This document shows positions 57,163 to 64,000 of a DNA stretch of 64,000 bases, one piece after another; position 1 is the first letter of the stretch; the number at the start of each line of letters is the position of its first letter. A model generated the notes under the pieces. It made no database searches. It saw nothing but the letters and a program-made list of their open reading frames with translations, and was not told the origin of the DNA. The position numbers and the translations under genes are program-made. This DNA is from a virus. The DNA lies in the IMG/VR virus record IMGVR_UViG_3300044681_000281, positions 11,131 through 75,130 of that record. One strand, given 5' to 3'.

Positions 57163-59057
57163 TGAGTAAAGTAAGAAGATTAAGGAATGATATTAACTCT
57201 AAATTAGAGGTAATTAAAAAGATTCAGGACGACCCTAAAAAGACGACCGACGATCTTTATGACCTTTATCTTAAACAAGCCGACATTGATAAAAGAGTCT
57301 CAAGTACTTTGGATGGACTAAAGTCCAAACTAAAGAAAAAGAATGACAATAAAGAAGACATTTTTGGGTCTATCATTGACATTGCATCCAAATTTTTATC
57401 GTCACAATCAAATAAGATACAAATAGGTGAGAACGATAAATTATTATCGGCGAAAAAATTAAAAAAATACGCACTTGAATCTGCGAATGAAACTGTTAAA
57501 GACAGTAAAAATATTGTCTTGGAGAGTGTTAAGGAGGTCTTATTTGTAAATAGTGAAACAAGTATATGTGGTATGGAAACAGAAATGCCACAAGACTCTA
57601 TCACTATATCACCAAAAGAATTTGATTTTTTAAATGTTTTACAGACAGATCCATCCTCAAATGTGGGATTGATTATGTACGAAGAAGAAAGTCCATCTTA
57701 TGGTGATATAAAGATGAATAGAGAATTCTATTCTACGTTTTCAAATAACTACACATTTACAAGTAAATCAGGTAACAACCTATTCTCGTTAGCGTGGGAT
57801 AGCGGTAATCAAGAATATAATGTTAGTGGTTTAAAACAAGGTAACGTCGTAAAAGTGAGTGACTTCCTAAGTGATTACTATGAGAGTATTGAGAACCCTA
57901 AAATTGAATATATTATAAAATCCGCAATGTTGATGACATTACAAGGTGATGGTGATAATCCCCCTGTTTTCGATAAGGCGATGAACCAAATGAATCGACT
58001 CTGTAATAAACTCTTCAAAGTATGCGGTTCCCCGTTAGAGGATAGCGGATTGATCCAAACAACAAGTCAACAGTTTAATGAAAATGATGAGGATATTGCA
58101 TCTTATTTTGATTTTGATGACGTTGAGGGTATTGATTTGGATGATGAAGATGCGAGATACCGAAAAGTACTTAGATTTACTGATTGTGGTAATTTTGAAG
58201 TACCATCTCCCACATCCTTATTTGAGGACTTTGTTCATCTTTCGTCCACACCAAATCTAAACAATTTAGTGGATTCTACCTTAGAAAGTGCCGCTTGGAA
58301 TTCGTCATTAAATTCGGACAATCCAAACATGTTAGGTAACATTAATTTAGAGTTATTTAATATGTTTATTTTAAATGTACCTAAGGCATTAGTATCCTCA
58401 ATTATATCACCTAAAATTACCTATCCTTTTATTGTTCTTTATAAACAAATTAAGGGCACATTAAGTGATGTTGGTGAGTACATTAAAAAACTTTATAAAT
58501 TAATTTATAAAATTATAAAAGAAGTCTTTTGGAAATTCCTAACCGAGTTTTGGAAAAGAATCAAGAAAGACCTTTTAAATTTTGTACTTAAGATTGGTGA
58601 AAAGATTTTAAAAAATAAATATAAACACTACGTTAGGATCATAACGGCAATAATTGCCCTACTTCAAAAACTTCTCGCACAAGGTTTTAATAGTTGTTTG
58701 GAGATTTTCCAAGCGATTTTAGATGCCATAAAGGGTGCACTAAACTTGCCGGGAGGAAAGATAAATGTACCCGGTTTCTTATTGTCATATTCAGATTTGC
58801 TACCAGGTTACAGTGCCGACAGAGCGTATATGAATTCGGCCGAAAGAATGGGTGGTCAGGGACTTAACGTAGGTACAATCTACGGTGAAGCAAATGAGTA
58901 CTTACTGATGGCAAAATCAATCGTAGATGGTATTAGTGAGGAACACGATACTAACTCATTCATTAAGGTGGGTAGTAAACAAGTAACCATACCAACACCC
59001 GCGGGTCCGATAGTAATACCACCAGGTATAATAAACAGTTCAGGAAAATTGTTCTAA
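57162..59057 (+). CDS. Hypothetical protein (probably virion-associated)
   Basis: 631 aa, TAATG-coupled, amphipathic helices; upstream of the gp5-like gene. Confidence 0.7.
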   Translation: MSKVRRLRNDINSKLEVIKKIQDDPKKTTDDLYDLYLKQADIDKRVSSTLDGLKSKLKKKNDNKEDIFGSIIDIASKFLSSQSNKIQIGENDKLLSAKKLKKYALESANETVKDSKNIVLESVKEVLFVNSETSICGMETEMPQDSITISPKEFDFLNVLQTDPSSNVGLIMYEEESPSYGDIKMNREFYSTFSNNYTFTSKSGNNLFSLAWDSGNQEYNVSGLKQGNVVKVSDFLSDYYESIENPKIEYIIKSAMLMTLQGDGDNPPVFDKAMNQMNRLCNKLFKVCGSPLEDSGLIQTTSQQFNENDEDIASYFDFDDVEGIDLDDEDARYRKVLRFTDCGNFEVPSPTSLFEDFVHLSSTPNLNNLVDSTLESAAWNSSLNSDNPNMLGNINLELFNMFILNVPKALVSSIISPKITYPFIVLYKQIKGTLSDVGEYIKKLYKLIYKIIKEVFWKFLTEFWKRIKKDLLNFVLKIGEKILKNKYKHYVRIITAIIALLQKLLAQGFNSCLEIFQAILDAIKGALNLPGGKINVPGFLLSYSDLLPGYSADRAYMNSAERMGGQGLNVGTIYGEANEYLLMAKSIVDGISEEHDTNSFIKVGSKQVTIPTPAGPIVIPPGIINSSGKLF

Positions 59058-59260
59058 TGGAAGGTAAAAAAGTTGCTGAAATAATCGACAACCCACAGGT
59101 TAAATCCAATAAAGATTTGGAATCATGTCTTTCATTTCTTACTACTGAATTTGATAAGACAAAAGGTACGATTATAGAATTAACCAAATATTTGGATATT
59201 GTCGAGAATTCATACAATAAAATAAACGAAGAATTATCTAATAGATACGGTAAAAGATGA
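59057..59260 (+). CDS. Small coiled-coil hypothetical protein
   Basis: 67 aa, coupled to both neighbours. Confidence 0.7.
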   Translation: MEGKKVAEIIDNPQVKSNKDLESCLSFLTTEFDKTKGTIIELTKYLDIVENSYNKINEELSNRYGKR

Positions 59261-60732
59261 GTTATATTAAACTTGCGATAGTCGATGACAATATGGACCC
59301 CAAAGGACTTGGAAGAATTAGATTCAAAGTCATGGGAGAATCTAGTAGTGCTCGAGAAAACGCGGTTAAGTATGATACGTGGGAATCTAACGACCCATTT
59401 GTGGCGAACCCATTTTTACCCACGAATATTAATTTTATCCCTGAAATAGGTCAGACAGTTAAAATACTAACCTACGATCCTGATAATGACTATAACAATA
59501 GAGAATATGTTGCGGGACCCTTCACAACAATACACGATTGGAACTCACAGACAAACTCTCGACAATTAGAAAATACGTCTTATGGTGTCGTTGTACAACG
59601 ATCAAAAGATATATTCAATAAAGAGAAGGGTACGTATGTAAAAAAGGAAAGTGCGGGTTCACTTCCTACATTTAAAGATTATGCGATACACGGAAAATAC
59701 GGTTCTGACATTCTCTTCACGGAAAATGGTATTAATCTTAGAGGTGGTAAATATGTTGTAAAAGATACCCCAAAAAATATTGATGTTGAGAGTTACCCCA
59801 TTATGTCCGAAAAAAGGTCATTATTGAGTTTGAAGAAATTCTCAACTAAAAAAGAAAATAAGGAAGTTGAAACTGAGGTAAACGTTATACCCAATAAAAA
59901 ATTGAGTTATATCGTTGAATATAATGTGGATGATATCGTAAATCCAACACTTATTAGTTGGTTTATATACGAAGTTAAAAATGTTTATGGTGAGACGTTC
60001 AATACTGCGGTATTCACCCCAAATTCAGTTCAAGATTTAAGTACAATTAGTTCAGTTAAGCTAATAAACTTGGAAGGGAATTCAACATCCCCGACTTTCA
60101 CACAATCAGTTTCTTCTTACAAAGATGCTTACATAAAAATTAGACATGGTATCGACACTTTAAACACTAAAGGTTTAAGGGAATTCGATAAGAGGTTTGA
60201 TGATTTGTTTCTTTACCCATTCTATTTTAGACCTTCAAAAACTTTAACAAATACTGAGTTTTTAAAGAACGTAAAACCAACGACCAATATAGAAACAACA
60301 AATGGTTGTGGTCTGTACTTTAGTCCGAGTGAGAATTCTCCGAAAACAAAAAAAGAAAAAAGAAAAGAGAATAAACTAGTTACCTCGGCCAAAAATATTG
60401 AACAGACTTTCGGATCACTAACATCTGACAAAATTTATTTCATATCAACGGACACAAACAATGTCGCGGGTAAAAAGATCCCTTTTGATAAGTTGGGTAA
60501 ATACGAATACAGTCAAGAAGAACTTCTCACTATGATCGAACCTAACACCTATAGTACTGTTAGGGGGGAATTACTCATTAAGGCAATGAGACTTATTTAT
60601 AACGTCCTACTAGTTCACGCACACAATCCAGGTAAACCAATGCCTGAAGGTACTCCACACAGACGTGAATTAGAAGAGATTTTCAAGACTTTAGAGAACG
60701 ATATCTTAAATAAATCGATTAGAATAAACTAA
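59257..60732 (+). CDS. Baseplate central spike, gp5/gpV-like
   Basis: N-terminal OB fold VDDNMDPKGLGRIR...IPEIGQTV; C-terminal VRGELL...HAH (HxH). Confidence 0.75.
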   Translation: MSYIKLAIVDDNMDPKGLGRIRFKVMGESSSARENAVKYDTWESNDPFVANPFLPTNINFIPEIGQTVKILTYDPDNDYNNREYVAGPFTTIHDWNSQTNSRQLENTSYGVVVQRSKDIFNKEKGTYVKKESAGSLPTFKDYAIHGKYGSDILFTENGINLRGGKYVVKDTPKNIDVESYPIMSEKRSLLSLKKFSTKKENKEVETEVNVIPNKKLSYIVEYNVDDIVNPTLISWFIYEVKNVYGETFNTAVFTPNSVQDLSTISSVKLINLEGNSTSPTFTQSVSSYKDAYIKIRHGIDTLNTKGLREFDKRFDDLFLYPFYFRPSKTLTNTEFLKNVKPTTNIETTNGCGLYFSPSENSPKTKKEKRKENKLVTSAKNIEQTFGSLTSDKIYFISTDTNNVAGKKIPFDKLGKYEYSQEELLTMIEPNTYSTVRGELLIKAMRLIYNVLLVHAHNPGKPMPEGTPHRRELEEIFKTLENDILNKSIRIN

Positions 60733-60762
60733 TCAGATATTTATTAAAGAAAGAGTTCTAAG

Positions 60763-62133
60763 ATGTCATATTATCGTTCATATTTCGAGAAGAACAATAC
60801 CATCATAAAAGGTATGAAGGTGAATACTTCAAAAAACCCTTCTACCGAAATTTTCTATGGTTCAGGTTTTTCTAAATTCATATTTAAAATCGATTTAGAT
60901 GGATTAAAATCCAAGATCGACAATGGTGATTATGTCCTTGACAATAACACCAAACACGTACTTCATATGACTAACACCATTTTTGGGGATGAGACATTCT
61001 TAGGTGCAAAGAGAGGTACGGGTAGAGAAAGAACTACGTCATTTAAATTGGTGGTTTTTAAAATTCCTGAGTATTGGGATGAAGGTGTTGGTTTCGATTA
61101 CGAAGATTCGGGTTATGACTACACAACAGGTAATAATACATTTGATATAAGGCCATCTAACTGGTACATGAGAACTACCTTAAATCCGTGGACTGCGGAG
61201 GGTATCTACTCAAATAATCCAGAAGTCATTGCCGAACAAACTTTTGATAATGGTAATGAAGATTTAGAAGTCGATATTACAGACTATATTAATACAATTC
61301 TCTCAGGGGAAACCGACAACGGAATCGGGGTTGCATTTGACCCTCTTTACGAAGATTTAAGTTCGGAAGTTGACCAATCCGTTGCATTTTTCTCAAAATA
61401 CACGCAGACATTCTTTGAACCCTTCTTAGAGACAATTTTTGACGATAGAATTCTTGACGATAGAGAAAACTTCATTGAGAAGACTAATCAGAATCTATTC
61501 CTTTATGTTAATAAGGAAACTAACTTTTTTGATTTGGACGAATTACCAACTGTGGACATTTTAGATTCCACTCAAACTCCAATACAAGGTTTAACAGACC
61601 TTACTGTTGTTAAAGTTAGAAAGGGTGTCTATAGAGTAACCTTCGGTATTAGTGGTTTAGTTTGTGACGGTAAGAAATTTTTCTATGACGTGTGGAAAGG
61701 GATTAGTGTTGAGAATAATGCGTTCCCCAATATCACACAGAAGTTCGTCCCAAAACCATACTCAACAAAATTCTCAATCGGTGAAAACCAAAAAGAGAAT
61801 AATAGTTATGTGGTTCAGTTCTCAGGTATCAAACAAAACGAAAAAATTAAATCGGGAGAGACAAGAAAAATCTCGGCAATATTTAGAACGATGAGTCAAT
61901 CCACGAACGTATTGTTTGATGAGGTTTTTTATAGATTATACATTAAAGAGGGTCACACCAACGTAAACGTATTTGATTGGACGTATATGGACGTGACCAA
62001 TGAAAATAGTCTCATGTTAGACACTGGTATCCTTATTCCAAGAGAATACTACTTAGAAATAAAAGGAATAAGACACAACGAGGAGTATTCATACCCTAAT
62101 GTGATAAAATTCGAGATTGTCTCAGAAAAATAA
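60763..62133 (+). CDS. Putative virion structural protein
   Basis: WDEGVG, SNW, FDNGNEDLEVDIT, FFSKYTQTFFEPFLE; preceded by TATTTAT. Confidence 0.6.
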   Translation: MSYYRSYFEKNNTIIKGMKVNTSKNPSTEIFYGSGFSKFIFKIDLDGLKSKIDNGDYVLDNNTKHVLHMTNTIFGDETFLGAKRGTGRERTTSFKLVVFKIPEYWDEGVGFDYEDSGYDYTTGNNTFDIRPSNWYMRTTLNPWTAEGIYSNNPEVIAEQTFDNGNEDLEVDITDYINTILSGETDNGIGVAFDPLYEDLSSEVDQSVAFFSKYTQTFFEPFLETIFDDRILDDRENFIEKTNQNLFLYVNKETNFFDLDELPTVDILDSTQTPIQGLTDLTVVKVRKGVYRVTFGISGLVCDGKKFFYDVWKGISVENNAFPNITQKFVPKPYSTKFSIGENQKENNSYVVQFSGIKQNEKIKSGETRKISAIFRTMSQSTNVLFDEVFYRLYIKEGHTNVNVFDWTYMDVTNENSLMLDTGILIPREYYLEIKGIRHNEEYSYPNVIKFEIVSEK

Positions 62134-62146
62134 AATATTTATAAAA

Positions 62147-62434
62147 ATGGATCTTAAGGATATCATTAAAAAACACCTCACACAGTTGAGAGAAGAAAGG
62201 ACTGAAAACTATATGTTTTTCAGTAATATAGAACAGATCAAAAGACAATGTGAAATCCTTTTAGAAATGGATCCTCAGTTTATTGAATCTATTTTACAGA
62301 ATGGTCACGATTGGGCGGATGATCATATGACAACCGCAAAGGAAAACGTTGACCAAGTTTTTGATTTCCTCATGAATGAAGAGAAGGGTGGACAACCCTT
62401 AAATGAAACAGCAAAAAGGAAAAGAAATCTATGA
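62147..62434 (+). CDS. Hypothetical protein
   Basis: NYMFFSNIEQIKRQ...GHDWADDH; start moved to ATG 62147. Confidence 0.7.
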   Translation: MDLKDIIKKHLTQLREERTENYMFFSNIEQIKRQCEILLEMDPQFIESILQNGHDWADDHMTTAKENVDQVFDFLMNEEKGGQPLNETAKRKRNL

Positions 62435-63147
62435 CAAATCAAAAAAGAAGGGCGGAAAAGAAAGAACCTAAACATGGTAAGGGCAATACTCCCACATTTA
62501 CTCGTTTTGATGAGAATAGATTAATCTCATTAGTCCTCAACAACATTGAAACAAAATCAATAGAATTAACATATCCAACACTTAAAAATTTAAATGAGAA
62601 CAAATCAATTTTAAGTGAGGGGTTACAATATCATATTACAAATAAATTACCTATCGTAGAGAACGTGTATAGGATCTATTCTGAGGAGTTTTTTAATCTT
62701 TATAATGAAGTACGTCAACTACATGAAGAAAACGTCTTAGAAGTCACCGGAATTGATTTAGAACTAATTGGGACTGATTTAGGTAAGACAGGTATATATG
62801 AAGGAGAAGAAGTTTATTTAGACATCCCGTTTGTAGAAGGTGAAGAAGAATATTTAGTTGAGGCTAAACATAGAGGTCGTAACGTGAAACTAAATAAACC
62901 ATTTAGGACACCGGGTGGACCCAAAAAGTTTGCTGTTTATGTTAAGACACCAAAAGGAACAATTAAAAAAGTGACTTTCGGTGATCCTAATCTAAGAGTT
63001 AGAAATAATAATAAATCGGCCGCTAAATCATTCAGGGCGAGACACAACTGTAAAGACAAGAAAGATCGAACAACACCAGGTTATTGGAGTTGTAACATCT
63101 CTCGTTACAGAAAGGCGTTAGGTATTAAATCATCAAATCCGTGGTAA
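62431..63147 (+). CDS. Hypothetical protein with a basic C-terminal domain common in large phages
   Basis: KKFAVYV...VTFGDP...SFRARHNC...GYWSC. Confidence 0.75.
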   Translation: MTNQKRRAEKKEPKHGKGNTPTFTRFDENRLISLVLNNIETKSIELTYPTLKNLNENKSILSEGLQYHITNKLPIVENVYRIYSEEFFNLYNEVRQLHEENVLEVTGIDLELIGTDLGKTGIYEGEEVYLDIPFVEGEEEYLVEAKHRGRNVKLNKPFRTPGGPKKFAVYVKTPKGTIKKVTFGDPNLRVRNNNKSAAKSFRARHNCKDKKDRTTPGYWSCNISRYRKALGIKSSNPW

Positions 63148-63148
63148 T

Positions 63149-63643
63149 ATGAAACTGTTAGATATTGTTGAAGGTTGGTACGATCCCCCCGAATATCCCG
63201 ACCCTGATAGATCAGGTTTTATGGATGGTTCTTTAGACGATATAAAACCACATTTCACATTCTTGGGTTACGATCCATGGAAGGGTGGTAATAAGGGCGG
63301 AACAGATATCGTCGTTTTGATGGATAAGAACACCAATAAGGGTTACATCTTACATCCCGACAATATTAGTGATGACTTCTACGAATCTGATTTTTATGGA
63401 TATCAGGATTGGGACGGTGATACATCATATGAAAACAGTGACCCCGAATTAACAACCAATAGTTATCTTACATGGGCAACAGTTTGTCTACAAGAAGATA
63501 ATGTTGCTAAATCTTTAGAGGAATACGAAGACGGTAAAGGGATGTTGGTGTTAAATAGAGAAACCATGGGACAGATCAAACAGTTTGAACCCGAATGGTA
63601 TAAAGTTATCATTGATATCATATCATCAGGTAAAAAGAGATGA
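63149..63643 (+). CDS. Acidic hypothetical protein
   Basis: 164 aa; begins MKLLDIVE. Confidence 0.7.
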   Translation: MKLLDIVEGWYDPPEYPDPDRSGFMDGSLDDIKPHFTFLGYDPWKGGNKGGTDIVVLMDKNTNKGYILHPDNISDDFYESDFYGYQDWDGDTSYENSDPELTTNSYLTWATVCLQEDNVAKSLEEYEDGKGMLVLNRETMGQIKQFEPEWYKVIIDIISSGKKR

Positions 63644-63951
63644 CAGAAAAACTTCCCTTTAGAGAAATTATAGATACGGGTCATAGTCTTAGGACCTTTC
63701 CATCTGATACCAAGGAAACAGACCTTAAATGGCATTTTGATAATGAGGATAGAGAAGTAACCTTCTTACATGATAGTGATTGGAAATTCCAAATGGATAA
63801 CCAATTACCCATTAACATACATGAAGGTTTAACCTTATTTATACCTGAAGGTGAATACCATAGAATTATTAAAGGAACGGGTGATTTAAAAGTAAGAGTT
63901 AAAAAACTCAATAAAACTCGACTTCTACCCCACACTCAGAAAATAGGGTAA
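63640..63951 (+). CDS. Cupin-fold protein
   Basis: WHFDNEDR...IPEGEYHRIIKG. Confidence 0.7.
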   Translation: MTEKLPFREIIDTGHSLRTFPSDTKETDLKWHFDNEDREVTFLHDSDWKFQMDNQLPINIHEGLTLFIPEGEYHRIIKGTGDLKVRVKKLNKTRLLPHTQKIG

Positions 63952-64000
63952 GTGTTCTTTCCTGATGTTCTTTCCACTTATCATGATTCTTAGTGGTACA
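63908..64000 (-). CDS. 3' end of a gene entering from the right, possibly dCMP deaminase-like
   Basis: ...CTTKNHDKWKEHQERTLTLFSECGVEVEFY* resembles deaminase C-termini; only 30 aa visible. Confidence 0.4.
   Translation of the reverse strand, partial: CTTKNHDKWKEHQERTLTLFSECGVEVEFY

Noticed and set aside
1-64000. Stop-codon reassignment, tRNAs, or a diversity-generating retroelement
   Set aside because: Long genes translate intact in the standard code and TAA, TAG and TGA all end genes. I recognised no cloverleaf, reverse transcriptase or adenine-specific TR/VR pair by eye; tRNAscan-SE would be the decisive test for tRNAs.

Overview
This window is a 64-kb internal segment of a large, AT-rich, densely coding T4-like contractile-tailed (myovirus/jumbo-type) phage genome read in the standard genetic code. 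It has no tRNA, rRNA, CRISPR array, integrase or IS that I can recognise. Replication and nucleotide genes (nrdA, nrdB, DnaB/gp41-like helicase, 5'-3' exonuclease, RecA/UvsX, gp32-like SSB, SNF2 helicase, family B DNA polymerase, dUTPase, PhoH) are interleaved with virion genes (baseplate wedge, hub and spike, tape measure, tail chaperone, tube, sheath, neck). There is also a block of Pro/Thr-repeat accessory proteins including a trypsin-like protease, three glycosyltransferases, a gp55-like sigma factor and many hypothetical genes. TTG-N20-TAnnTTT(G) promoters, few Shine-Dalgarno sequences and a DUF4494-like gene point to a Bacteroidota host (inference). The most notable observations are: (1) a candidate +1 programmed frameshift at UUU_UUU_CGG in the tail chaperone; (2) a promoter/palindrome/terminator non-coding unit lying antisense between tube and sheath, which may be an sRNA or an origin; (3) a GC-rich multi-stem RNA element between ssb and recA; (4) a translationally coupled four-gene operon containing a 6x47-aa repeat protein and a stand-alone WYL-like protein; (5) mucin-like virion proteins near a glycosyltransferase cluster containing two apparent pseudo-enzymes; (6) a strand-specific TATTTAT motif upstream of about 18 mostly structural genes. 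All protein family calls come from motif recognition by eye, not from database searches.
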